From NCBI GenBank assembly GCA_036272195.1, contig DATAZE010000049.1:1-64000 (forward strand): DNA of 64,000 bases, read 5' to 3'. The notes under the pieces are model-generated. The model was not told the DNA's origin and made no database searches. It worked only from the letters and a program-made list of their open reading frames with translations. Position numbers and translations under genes: made by a program. Shown here one piece after another: positions 43,159 to 52,344 of this stretch. Within the stretch, counting starts at the first letter, position 1. Each line of letters starts with the position of its first letter. This DNA is from Verrucomicrobiia bacterium (lineage in GTDB: Bacteria > Verrucomicrobiota > Verrucomicrobiia > Limisphaerales > DASXHY01).

Positions 43159-44403
43159 TTACCGTTTTCTCCGCTTAGCCGGCCCGAAGAAATATCCGCC
43201 GCGCACACGCACCGCCTGCACCCGGCGATCGTGGCCGGTCGGTTGGCCAGGTTTGCCCTCCTCGAACAACGCAGTATAGCGGTATTCAAAATTCTCCAGC
43301 CTCACCCGTTCAACTTTCTGGCCGATGAACCGTTCGATGGCCGCCACGTGGGAAGAATCCTCGGCCACCATGAGCGTGAACGCGTCCCCGGTGGCTTCCG
43401 CGCGGCCCGTGCGGCCTATGCGATGAATGTAATCCTCTGGATGATGCGGCACATCATAGTTGATCACGTGGCTGACGTCCGCGATATCCAGGCCGCGCGC
43501 GGCAATGTCCGTCGCCACGAGCACTTCGAAACGGCCATCGCGGAAGCCTTTGAGCGCTTGCTCGCGTTCGCGTTGCGTACGGTTGGAGTGCAGCACGGCC
43601 ACGGCGTGATTGTTGCGCTTAAGCAATTGGGCGATGCGATCCGCGCCATGTTTCGTCCGGCAAAACACGATCACTGACTCGTAATGCACGCGATCCAGCA
43701 ACGCGAGGAGCAAATCAGTTTTTTGAGCGTCGGCCACTGGATAAATCACGTGCTTGACCGTTTCCGCCGGGGTCCGCCGCGCGCCGATTTCAATCGTCTC
43801 CGGATTGCGCATCGCCCATTTGATGAGCGTCTCGATCTGCACCGGGATGGTCGCCGAGAACAGCATCGTCTGGCGCTCGCGCGGGCATTTCTGAACGATG
43901 CGGCGCACGTCCGGCAGGAAACCCATGTCGAGCATCCGGTCGGCTTCATCGAGCACGAGATGCTGGACGTGGTCCAAATGACACGTGCCTTGTTCCAAAT
44001 GATCGAGCAAACGGCCAGGCGTGGCGACGATGATATCCGCGCCGGCTTTGAGCATTTCATTTTGGCGGCCGTAACCGACGCCGCCGAACACGACGGCGAT
44101 TTTCAAATCGGTGAAGCGCGCAAAATCGTGAATGGCGGTTTCCACCTGCGCCGCGAGTTCGCGCGTAGGCTCCAGCACGAGAAAACGGGTGCGCGGATCG
44201 TGATGGCCCATCTTCGTAAGAACCGGCAAAGCGAATGCGGCGGTCTTGCCAGTGCCGGTTTGTGCGCTGCCGATGACATCCTTTCCTTCCAGAACCAGTG
44301 GAATGGCGCGGAGCTGGATGGGCGTCGGGTCCGTGTACCCCATGGCTTTCACGCCTTCCAGAACGGGAGCAGACAAACCGAGTTTGGCAAATGGCATAGG
44401 CAT
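43159..44403 (-). CDS. DEAD-box ATP-dependent RNA helicase (RhlE-like)
   Basis: Q-motif/PTPIQ, AQTGTGKT, DEAD (VLDEADRMLD), SAT, HRIGRTGRAG, basic C-terminal tail. Confidence 0.9.
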   Translation of the reverse strand: MPMPFAKLGLSAPVLEGVKAMGYTDPTPIQLRAIPLVLEGKDVIGSAQTGTGKTAAFALPVLTKMGHHDPRTRFLVLEPTRELAAQVETAIHDFARFTDLKIAVVFGGVGYGRQNEMLKAGADIIVATPGRLLDHLEQGTCHLDHVQHLVLDEADRMLDMGFLPDVRRIVQKCPRERQTMLFSATIPVQIETLIKWAMRNPETIEIGARRTPAETVKHVIYPVADAQKTDLLLALLDRVHYESVIVFCRTKHGADRIAQLLKRNNHAVAVLHSNRTQREREQALKGFRDGRFEVLVATDIAARGLDIADVSHVINYDVPHHPEDYIHRIGRTGRAEATGDAFTLMVAEDSSHVAAIERFIGQKVERVRLENFEYRYTALFEEGKPGQPTGHDRRVQAVRVRGGYFFGPAKRRKR

Positions 44404-44529
44404 AATCTGTGGTTTAAGGGGAGAAATGTCTATGAAGGATTTGACCTGTCCGGAGCGCCGGTGTCCCGCGGGCCAACATCAAAATTGCCTTACAAACGGG
44501 TCGGTTTGGAGATCAGCACTCTGCTGACC

Positions 44530-45156
44530 TCATGCAATCTCGATGCTCTTTGCCGCGCGAATGAACTCACGAACTTTTTCGTGGTCCTTTTTTCCGGGCG
44601 CGGCTTCGACGCCGCTGGAGACATCCACGCCGTATGGCTGAACTTTTTGAACCGCCTCAGCCACGTTTGCCGGCGTCAATCCGCCGGCGAGAAAAATCGG
44701 GCGGCCCAGTTTTTTCGCTTCGACGGCAAGGTCCCAATTAAACTTTTCTCCGGTGCCGCCAGGTTTGTCGGCGACAAAAGCATCGAGCAACCACGCCTCG
44801 GTCGGATATTCCGGCAGGGCTTTGAGCGATTCCGCGTCGCGAATGCGAAAGGCCTTCATGCTCATCAGGCCAAATTGCGCACAATACTCGGGCGTCTCGT
44901 GGCCGTGGAACTGAAGCATGTTCAACCCGCAATCGCCAATCGCACGCATCACGAGGTCTTCGCCGGCGTCCACGAACACTCCTACTTTGATGACGAGGGG
45001 CGGTAATTGGCGGACGACCTCCGCGGCATCGCGAATCGACACGTGGCGCGGGCTTGGCTCGTAGAACATGAAGCCGAGCGCATCCGCGCCCGCTTCGACG
45101 GCGGCGAGCGCGTCGGGCGCGTTGGTAATGCCACAGATTTTGACTTTGACACTCAT
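44530..45156 (-). CDS. trpF: phosphoribosylanthranilate isomerase
   Basis: VKICGITN...GADALGFMF...LAGGLTPANVAEAV = TrpF TIM-barrel motifs. Start at MSVKVKICG (45156); upstream part of the track ORF is unlikely coding. Confidence 0.85.
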   Translation of the reverse strand: MSVKVKICGITNAPDALAAVEAGADALGFMFYEPSPRHVSIRDAAEVVRQLPPLVIKVGVFVDAGEDLVMRAIGDCGLNMLQFHGHETPEYCAQFGLMSMKAFRIRDAESLKALPEYPTEAWLLDAFVADKPGGTGEKFNWDLAVEAKKLGRPIFLAGGLTPANVAEAVQKVQPYGVDVSSGVEAAPGKKDHEKVREFIRAAKSIEIA

Positions 45157-45256
45157 GGAGCGGGCATAGCATTCCATGTTGCGGCGAAAAAACAAGAGCG
45201 CGGACCGGTCAAAGAGGTTGGCGCGGCAAAGATTCTCCCTTATCCTCACCGGGGCT

Positions 45257-45332
45257 GCCCCTATAGCTCAAATGGATAGAGCAGCGGTTTCCTAAACCGT
45301 TGATTTCGGTTCAATTCCGAATGGGGGTACCA
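45257..45332 (+). tRNA. tRNA-Arg (anticodon CCU), CCA encoded
   Basis: Acceptor GCCCCTA/TGGGGGT (G1-U72 and U6-G67 wobbles), D-arm GCTC-AAATGGATA-GAGC, anticodon stem GCGGT/ACCGT with loop TTCCTAA (CCT), T-arm TTCGG-TTCAATT-CCGAA, discriminator A. 76 nt. Confidence 0.7.
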
Positions 45333-45393
45333 TCGTAAACTCTCCAATTTCACTGACTCCGCAGCAAGCAGTGCATTTTGCCCGTCGCGGTAT

Positions 45394-45684
45394 TTACGCA
45401 CAGGAACACGAAAGCTCGGAGTGTTCCAGGGCCTCGATGACGTAAGGCCAGTTTTTTTGGCATTCAAAAACATCACCCACTCTCAGTAAGATATCGCCCT
45501 TCGCCGGCGTGCTTGTCAGCCAGACAACACCGGTTTTGATTTCAATCCGTTTGATTCCCGAGCGCTGCTCCAGTCGAATGACTTTATCGCGAGCCAGGGT
45601 GCGAATGCCACTCCGCGAGGAAAGCGTTTCAGGGCTGGCTGATTGCGAAGAATCCAGCGTGCCGATATGTGCAGTCGATGTCAT
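45394..45684 (-). CDS. DUF2917-domain protein
   Basis: KTGVVWLTSTPAKGDILLRVGDVF...WPYVIEAL matches the DUF2917 pattern. Start at internal Met (MTSTAHIG). Confidence 0.5.
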   Translation of the reverse strand: MTSTAHIGTLDSSQSASPETLSSRSGIRTLARDKVIRLEQRSGIKRIEIKTGVVWLTSTPAKGDILLRVGDVFECQKNWPYVIEALEHSELSCSCA

Positions 45685-45841
45685 AATCTGTTCTGAAGCA
45701 AGCTGACACGGAAGCCCGGGCTTTAACAGATACAGTGGAACGCTTTCTTTGCTTTCACAGATGAGAATTGGTAAACTGTACAACCTGATTTTGAAATAAA
45801 CTGTATCTGTTAAAAGTGCGCGAAAAGCGCACAGTACCCTT

Positions 45842-47269
45842 ATGCGCGCAAATCTCCCGATTTATGAACAACTCGCCGGCCAATTGGGCGAGATGATCCA
45901 AACCCGGTCGTTGCGGGCCGGTGACCGGATGCCGTCGGTCCGGAAATTCAGCGTTCAACAGCGAGTCAGTGTACCCACGGCTTTGAAGGCGTATGTGACG
46001 TTGGAAACGCGCGGCTTGATTGAGGCGCGCCCCAAATCCGGATTTTACGTTCGAGCGCGGCGGATCGACTTGACGCCCGAACCAATGCCGTCACCCACCA
46101 TGCCGAAAGTGATTGCCGTAGGAAATTTCGATCCCGTGAGAGCTTTGTTGTCCGATCATGCCAATTCAAAGCTGGTGCCTTTGGGCGCCGCGTTGCCGAG
46201 CGCGGAATTGCTGCCGGGAGTCAAGTTGACGCGGACGATGGCAATGATTGGCCGGAGGCTCGGCGCCAATAGCATCGATTACGATATGGCCCCGGGACAT
46301 GAGACATTACGCCGCGAACTGGCCCGCCGTTCATTGGAGTGGGGCTGCGCTTTGAAGGCGGACGATTTTATTGTGACCGTGGGCGGCACAGAAGCACTCT
46401 CGCTTGCTTTGCGAGCCACCTGCAAGCCCGGCGACACCGTCGTCGTGGAATCCCCCACTTATTTCGGACTTCCCGGCATGTTGCGCGAGTTGCAGCTCAA
46501 GGCGCTGCCGATCCCGGTGCACGGTTCGGAAGGAATTGATTTAGATCTTTTGCAGAAATCGTTGCGCAAGACGCGTGTCGGCGCCTGCGTTTTAATTCCG
46601 AACATCCATAACCCCATCGGCTTCATCATGCCAGACGAACGCAAACGACAATTGATTGAAATTTGCGCGGAGCGGAAAATTCCGGTCATTGAAGACGACA
46701 CTTACGGAGACTTGCAGCATGAAGGTGCCCGCCCGCGCTGTTTGAAAGCATTCGATCCCGAAGGCTTCGTGCTGCTGTGTGGCTCCTATTCCAAGAGACT
46801 CGCGCCAGGCTATCGCGTTGGATACATCGCCGCGGGAAAATGGCAGACTCGCGTGCTCGCGCAAAAACAGGCGAGCACGTTAAACGGCGCATTGCTGCCA
46901 ACCCTGACCGTGGCAGAGTTTCTGAAGAACGGCGGCTATGATCGTTACCTGCGTTCCGTCCGGCAGGCCTATCATAACCAGGTTGCCAAAATGCGGGAGG
47001 CAATCGCCGAACATTTTCCGAAGGGCGTTGGCCTATCACGTCCCAAAGGAGGTTACCTGCTGTGGTGCGAACTTCCTAAGTCGGTCGATGCTTTTAAATT
47101 GTCCAAGCAGGCTCGCGAGGCGGGAATCAGTATTGCGCCCGGACCGTTGTTTTCAGCGGCGGACGATTTTCAAAATTTTATCCGCGTCAATTGCGGTTAT
47201 CCGTGGAATCCAGCAATGGAACGCGCAGTGCGAACTCTGGGACAATTAGTGAGAAAGCAACTAAGTTAG
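45842..47269 (+). CDS. MocR-family transcriptional regulator (GntR-type HTH fused to PLP-dependent aminotransferase-like domain)
   Basis: N-terminal GntR HTH (MPSVRKFSVQQRVSVPTALKAYVTLETRGLIEARPKSGFYV). Fold-type I aminotransferase domain with the PLP-Lys region (YSKRLAPGYRVGY). Confidence 0.85.
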   Translation: MRANLPIYEQLAGQLGEMIQTRSLRAGDRMPSVRKFSVQQRVSVPTALKAYVTLETRGLIEARPKSGFYVRARRIDLTPEPMPSPTMPKVIAVGNFDPVRALLSDHANSKLVPLGAALPSAELLPGVKLTRTMAMIGRRLGANSIDYDMAPGHETLRRELARRSLEWGCALKADDFIVTVGGTEALSLALRATCKPGDTVVVESPTYFGLPGMLRELQLKALPIPVHGSEGIDLDLLQKSLRKTRVGACVLIPNIHNPIGFIMPDERKRQLIEICAERKIPVIEDDTYGDLQHEGARPRCLKAFDPEGFVLLCGSYSKRLAPGYRVGYIAAGKWQTRVLAQKQASTLNGALLPTLTVAEFLKNGGYDRYLRSVRQAYHNQVAKMREAIAEHFPKGVGLSRPKGGYLLWCELPKSVDAFKLSKQAREAGISIAPGPLFSAADDFQNFIRVNCGYPWNPAMERAVRTLGQLVRKQLS

Positions 47270-47364
47270 TTTAGCCGTCAATGCTCCAATTCAGGCGAGT
47301 CCGTCCTTGATTAAAACCCCGGCGTCTGGTGAATTTCCGGAACGACGCTTTCGTCGAATTAACA

Positions 47365-47970
47365 ATGACAATATTAAGCTCTTCACGATTTATGGCAAAG
47401 CCCCCTTTCATCCTTCTTCTGGTCATAGGCGCGTTATTTGTCGCGACTCGATCTCCCGCGCAGACTACAAACCTGCCGCCCGCGACCACGTTGGAAGCGG
47501 TCGAAACTTCGCCGAATCAATTAGTGTTGAAAGGCTCGTTCCTGATGGGTTCAGTCGCGGTTCAACAAGCCACTATTACGCTGGTGTGCAAAGAGGATGC
47601 CATCATCAATCCAAGCGACAATACGCGTGTAAAATGGTATGGCTGCTCGTTTGGAATTAAAGTCAATAATCAGACCCTGGGAAGAACCCTCATTGATTAC
47701 GACGAAATGGATTCGCTGCTGAAAGCGGTTGAGTATATGAAAAACGTCACCTGGTCAGTGACGCCGCTCCCCTCTTTCGATTTGGTCTACACCACAAAAG
47801 CGGGATTGAGATTTTCAGTGTTTAGCGACAACCGTGAAAGTAGAATTCAGTTTTTGATGCGAAATAACTACATGGACAAAAGAATTTTCCTCACGTCCGA
47901 CCAGATCGCTCAACTTTATTCCCTCCTGCAACAGACCAAAGCAAAGCTTGATGATTTGCGCAAAAGCTAA
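47365..47970 (+). CDS. hypothetical secreted protein
   Basis: Signal peptide MTILSSSRFMAKPPFILLLVIGALFVATRSPAQT; no family recognised; moderately AT-rich. Confidence 0.4.
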   Translation: MTILSSSRFMAKPPFILLLVIGALFVATRSPAQTTNLPPATTLEAVETSPNQLVLKGSFLMGSVAVQQATITLVCKEDAIINPSDNTRVKWYGCSFGIKVNNQTLGRTLIDYDEMDSLLKAVEYMKNVTWSVTPLPSFDLVYTTKAGLRFSVFSDNRESRIQFLMRNNYMDKRIFLTSDQIAQLYSLLQQTKAKLDDLRKS

Positions 47971-48003
47971 CGATTCGAACCACCGCGGCGGGCGGGCCGG
48001 CCG

Positions 48004-48498
48004 TCAATGTTTGGCCAGGCTTTGCTTCTTCGCAAACCACAAGGCAATCGTCGCGATCCATCCAAAGGCGATCAGGACCGACCACAGCGTCGCGTGCAAG
48101 TAAGGCACATTGTAGGAGTCATAGAGTCGATCAAAGTCGCCGCCCTTCAGGGTTGGGATAACGATTTCGATTATCCAGCGGCTGAAATAGATTCCCGCCG
48201 TCGCCGTCGGGATCAGCCAACCGGTCAGTGAAAAAAAACGGATTGGTGTTTGCATGGTGTGTGTTGGTTTGAAACGGTCTACTTTCTTGAATTCCGCAAT
48301 AAGACGCTCGGGTTCTCCCAGACGTTGAAAGGCCTGTGCAAGTGCGCGTTGTTCGGATGTTCCCAAACTCGTCAACTGCTCGACCTCCTCGCGTAAATGC
48401 ATCTCCAATTCGTCCAGAGTCCGCGAACATTTAATTCCGCCTCCCTGCAACTGCTCTCGCCATTGCGCAATGACTATCTCCAAGTCAGGTGCGTTCAT
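48004..48498 (-). CDS. paralog 5 of the PadR-linked N-terminal-domain family (N domain + 2-3 TM), solitary copy
   Basis: MNAPDLEIVIAQWREQLQGGGIKCSRTLDELEMHLREEVEQ...LIAEFKKVD matches the motif of the genes at 204-3215. A 6-bp inverted repeat ACATAG-N5-CTATGT lies ~30 bp upstream of the track ORF start (48534). Confidence 0.6.
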   Translation of the reverse strand: MNAPDLEIVIAQWREQLQGGGIKCSRTLDELEMHLREEVEQLTSLGTSEQRALAQAFQRLGEPERLIAEFKKVDRFKPTHTMQTPIRFFSLTGWLIPTATAGIYFSRWIIEIVIPTLKGGDFDRLYDSYNVPYLHATLWSVLIAFGWIATIALWFAKKQSLAKH

Positions 48499-48734
48499 GC
48501 GCGTTTTATTCTCATCAGACATGGAATGCGACAATACATAGTGACGCTATGTATGTCAAGTGAAGTTATTGTATTGTGGATTTGTGAATTTCGCGGAACC
48601 AGATTACGATCCGCCCTCTCTTACAAAGGCGGGCATATCGGTTGAAGGGTGCCAAACCGAATGAATAGGGGTCGGTGCGTGAGAGTCTAACTTATATGAC
48701 ACGCCGTAGAAATCGCGTAAGTTAATTGTGAGAT

Positions 48735-51023
48735 ATGAAGGCAAAGCTTTTCCAAAGGTGCGGGTTGGCCCTCTTTCTGGCGCTCATCCCCCTTTTAGGC
48801 GGATGCGACCAGGAAACCGCCAATTCTGCGACCGTTCCCAATGTTGTCACCAGCCAACCGCCGGTTGACTCAACCGCAGCCCCGGCACCCGCCCTTGCCG
48901 ACACGAACCAAGCCGTAGCGCCGGCCGCGACGCCGCAGGAAACCGAGCAGGAATTGGAGAATGCCCCTGGGAAGATCATTTCCACACCGGATATAGGTTC
49001 CACTAACGTAAGCAATAACCCCCGCCTGACCGAACTCGTCAAACTGGTCGAGGCAGGACTTGGAGAAAACGTGCTGATTGCCTACGTCACCAATTCCCCA
49101 ATGGCTTTCAATATTTCCTCCGACGATATTCTCTATCTCAACGACTTGGGGACCCCGGAAACGGTGGTGACCGCGATGCTCCAGCGTGATCAGCAGGCCA
49201 ATCCCGCGGCTGCTCCGGTCGCGGCCACACCTGCTCCGGCACCCACTCAGCCACAATCCCCTTACCTTCCCTATGCCAATCCCGGGCCCGGGCAACCGCC
49301 GCCGCCCGCCGACGGAACTTATGCGGACCCGAACATGACCGCGCAAACCGACGTGGCTGTGCCGCCGTTGACACCCACGCCGGCTACCGAGGAGGACGTG
49401 CAACAGGCGCCCAACGGTTCCTATTCCTACTTTTGCGATTCATTGTCGCCCTACGGAAGCTGGGTTGATATCGAGGGTTATGGACCTTGCTGGCAACCGA
49501 CTGCCGTGGTCGCAAATCCCGGCTGGCAGCCGTATGGCGATCACGGGCATTGGGCATACACCGACAGCGGTTGGTGTTGGGTCTCGGATTATTCGTGGGG
49601 CTGGGCACCGTTTCACTATGGCCGTTGGTTCCGTCATGGCCGTTTCGGCTGGTGCTGGGCGCCGGATACCGTGTGGGGTCCCGCATGGGTAAGCTGGCGC
49701 TATGACAACTCTTATTGCGGCTGGGCTCCGCTGCCGCCGGCGGCTTGTTATCGTCCGGGATTCGGTTTCACTTATTTTGGACGTTCGGTCGGTTTCGATT
49801 TCGGTTTTGGGCTTTCGGCGAATTGGTTTGTGTTCGTCCCGCTAGGCCATTTTCACGATCGGGATTTTTACCATCACCGGATGCCGCATCGCGAAGTCAC
49901 TAAAATTTACGCCAACACAACCATTCACAACCAGATCATCCGCGGTAACCATAACAATCTCATCAACCGTGGAGTTCCGGTGGATCGCGTGGCAGCCGCC
50001 AGCCACACTCAAATCCACCCCGTCCGTATTCGCGCGGAGGCCAACGCGCCAAGATCCGGCCAACTGGATCGGGACGGCCGGTCCTTGTCGGTGTTTCGTC
50101 CTGCGTTGCCGGTTCCGAAGCCGAATAACAACGCGCGGTTGGTGGGCGAAGGTGTGCAGCCGAACCCGCAATTTAATCTGCATTCCCGTATCCAGCAGGC
50201 TCCCGTGCAGCATAATCGGGCGGTTACTGCCGGTCCCGGACGCCAGCCGATTATTTCCAATCCGGCAGGAACTCCGGGACGTGACAATCACCTGCCTCAA
50301 GCGGGCAACGAACGGCCGAATTCCATCATTATGCACGGACCCAACAACGGGAATTCATTACGCGGAAATCCCGCACAGACCGCGCCGCAAAATCTGGGGC
50401 ACGGGCCCGTATTCCAACCTCAAACTCCCGCGCAACCGGGACAGGAAAACAATCACCGCGTGGTTATTCCGCAAGGGCAACAACAATCAGGTCAACCAAT
50501 TCAGCCCACACCACGGCAGCAGAATCAACTGCCGCCGCCTACATTTAATCGTCCCATCAATAACGGACCGGACTTGCTACAGCAGCAGCAGCAACAGCAG
50601 CAGCAGCAACAGCAGCAGCAGCAACAGCAGCAGCGAGAACTACAGCAACGAGAATTCCAGCAGAGACAGTTTCAACAACCACAACAGCAGCAGCCAGTGA
50701 CGCCGACGCCGCGGCAAGACGGGCCGCCACGCGCTTTCGAATCACCTCGTGCGCGCGACCAGAATGCCAATCCGGGATTCCACTCTGAGCCGATCGCCCC
50801 CACGCCGCCTCAACGAAATTTTGAACCACGACAGGCGCCGGAAGTGCATTCAGCGCCACCGCAATTCAGCGCGCCAGCCCGCCAGGAGAATAACTCGGGC
50901 AGAAGCATTGGGGGCGGAGGCGGGAACGGCAATGGAAACGGTAACAATAATGGCGGCGGAGGCGGGGGCCGTGGTGGGAATAACGGTGGGGGCAATGGCG
51001 GCGGGGGCGGTCGCAATCGTTAA
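48735..51023 (+). CDS. Pro/Gln-rich lipoprotein with Trp/Gly-rich central domain, poly-Gln tract and Gly/Asn-rich C-terminus
   Basis: Lipobox LLGGC; P/A/Q-rich linker; W-rich block (YGSWVDIEGYGPCWQP...WCWVSDYSWGWAPFHYGRWFRHGRFGWCWAPDTVWGPAWVSWRY); Q18; C-terminal GGGGGNGNGNGNNNGGGGGGRGGNNGGGNGGGGGRNR. Confidence 0.6.
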   Translation: MKAKLFQRCGLALFLALIPLLGGCDQETANSATVPNVVTSQPPVDSTAAPAPALADTNQAVAPAATPQETEQELENAPGKIISTPDIGSTNVSNNPRLTELVKLVEAGLGENVLIAYVTNSPMAFNISSDDILYLNDLGTPETVVTAMLQRDQQANPAAAPVAATPAPAPTQPQSPYLPYANPGPGQPPPPADGTYADPNMTAQTDVAVPPLTPTPATEEDVQQAPNGSYSYFCDSLSPYGSWVDIEGYGPCWQPTAVVANPGWQPYGDHGHWAYTDSGWCWVSDYSWGWAPFHYGRWFRHGRFGWCWAPDTVWGPAWVSWRYDNSYCGWAPLPPAACYRPGFGFTYFGRSVGFDFGFGLSANWFVFVPLGHFHDRDFYHHRMPHREVTKIYANTTIHNQIIRGNHNNLINRGVPVDRVAAASHTQIHPVRIRAEANAPRSGQLDRDGRSLSVFRPALPVPKPNNNARLVGEGVQPNPQFNLHSRIQQAPVQHNRAVTAGPGRQPIISNPAGTPGRDNHLPQAGNERPNSIIMHGPNNGNSLRGNPAQTAPQNLGHGPVFQPQTPAQPGQENNHRVVIPQGQQQSGQPIQPTPRQQNQLPPPTFNRPINNGPDLLQQQQQQQQQQQQQQQQQQRELQQREFQQRQFQQPQQQQPVTPTPRQDGPPRAFESPRARDQNANPGFHSEPIAPTPPQRNFEPRQAPEVHSAPPQFSAPARQENNSGRSIGGGGGNGNGNGNNNGGGGGGRGGNNGGGNGGGGGRNR
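50580..50633 (+). repeat. (CAG/CAA)18 trinucleotide microsatellite encoding poly-Gln within the lipoprotein gene
   Basis: cagcagcagcagcaacagcagcagcagcaacagcagcagcagcaacagcagcag read directly from the sequence. Confidence 0.85.
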
Positions 51024-51119
51024 GTTCGCATCAGCTTAACCTGGAGCGCGGAGCATTGCTCCGCGCTCCGGAAATTTCTTTTCTGCTTTTGAAATAGCTT
51101 TCCCGTTGGCATTATCGTC

Positions 51120-51731
51120 GTGATGGGCATCACGCCGCAGCAATTTAAACGCATGGAAGAGCGCCTCAGCCGTTCTACGCGGGTGGCGGCTGTCGCGTTC
51201 GAACCAACCGTTCGTCTTATCCCGAACTCACACCGCATCATTCTTGGCCTCGATCCGTCATTGCGCGGCACCGGCTTTGGTGTGATACGACTCGCCAAAC
51301 CATGTCCCGAGACGCTCGCGCACGGCACCATTTCGTGCGCGCAAAGCTGGGAACGCTCGCGTTGTCTCGTGAGAATCGTGCAGACCCTGCGCGATGTGAT
51401 AAAACAATTCCAACCGACCGTCTGCGCCGTGGAAGGTATTTTTTACGCGCAAAATTTGCAAACGGCGATGATCATGGGCGAAGCGCGCGGCGCAGCCCTT
51501 TCGGCGATTGGCGAGGCCGGGCTGGAAATTTATGAAATGGCGCCGCGCAAAGTGAAGCAGGCCATCGTCGGCTACGGCGCCGCGCAAAAAATCGCGGTCG
51601 CCAAAATGGTCCAGCGAATGTTGCGCCTGGCCGTGATTCCCGCGCCGGACGCTGCCGACGCGCTCGCGCTCGCGCTTGCTCACGCGCAGGAAAACGGACG
51701 ATATTCATTTTCCCCGCCGAAGAAGATCTGA
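51120..51731 (+). CDS. ruvC: crossover junction endodeoxyribonuclease RuvC (start codon uncertain)
   Basis: RIILGLDPSLRGTGFGVI...CAVEGIFYAQNLQTAMIMGEARGAA...AAQK..V..MVQRML = RuvC catalytic motifs. No ATG adjacent to the conserved N-terminus; candidate starts are ATG 51120/51153 or an in-frame GTG. Confidence 0.8.
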   Translation: MMGITPQQFKRMEERLSRSTRVAAVAFEPTVRLIPNSHRIILGLDPSLRGTGFGVIRLAKPCPETLAHGTISCAQSWERSRCLVRIVQTLRDVIKQFQPTVCAVEGIFYAQNLQTAMIMGEARGAALSAIGEAGLEIYEMAPRKVKQAIVGYGAAQKIAVAKMVQRMLRLAVIPAPDAADALALALAHAQENGRYSFSPPKKI

Positions 51732-51738
51732 AGCATTC

Positions 51739-52344
51739 ATGATCACGTTCCTTCACGGCAAACTTGTCGAAGCGCTCCCCACCCAGGTCACGGTGGATGT
51801 CAACGGCGTCGGTTACGAAGCGCTGATTCCGCTATCGTCATTCGACAAATTGCCGCTACCGGGCCAGGCGATAAAACTGCTCACTCAATTGGTGGTTCGC
51901 GAGGACGCGCACACGCTTTACGGCTTCATGACTTCGGAGGAGCGCGATTTATTTCGAATGCTCGTTCACACTGTGAGCGGGATCGGACCCAAGACCGCGC
52001 TGAATGTGCTGAGCGGAATCAGCGTGACAACTTTTCGCGGCGCGGTGGCGAACGGCGACATCAAGTCACTCTCGAAAATTTCCGGCGTCGGAAAAAAAAC
52101 CGCCGAGCGAATCATCGTGGAATTGAAGGACAAAATCGGCATGGCCGGCGCGTGGGAAGCCGCCAGCGCAAAACACCGCCTGTCCGCGGACGAACAACGC
52201 ATCAATGACGCCGTGCTGGCGCTGGTGGCCCTCGGGTTCAAGCAAATCGATGCGCACGATTCCGTCCGCGCCGCGCAGGCGATGCTCGGGATGCAGGCCA
52301 CGGTGGAAGAACTGGTTCGCGCCTGTTTGAAAAAGGGGGCATAA
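51739..52344 (+). CDS. ruvA: Holliday junction DNA helicase RuvA
   Basis: MITFLHGKLVE...VTVDVNGVGYEA (OB domain), HhH motifs (VSGIGPKTALNVL; ISGVGKKTAERI), C-terminal domain III. Confidence 0.9.
   Translation: MITFLHGKLVEALPTQVTVDVNGVGYEALIPLSSFDKLPLPGQAIKLLTQLVVREDAHTLYGFMTSEERDLFRMLVHTVSGIGPKTALNVLSGISVTTFRGAVANGDIKSLSKISGVGKKTAERIIVELKDKIGMAGAWEAASAKHRLSADEQRINDAVLALVALGFKQIDAHDSVRAAQAMLGMQATVEELVRACLKKGA

Noticed and set aside
50557-50859. 100-aa poly-Ala minus-strand ORF
   Set aside because: Reverse complement of the CAG/CAA microsatellite (CTG/TTG gives Ala/Leu runs); an artefact of the repeat.
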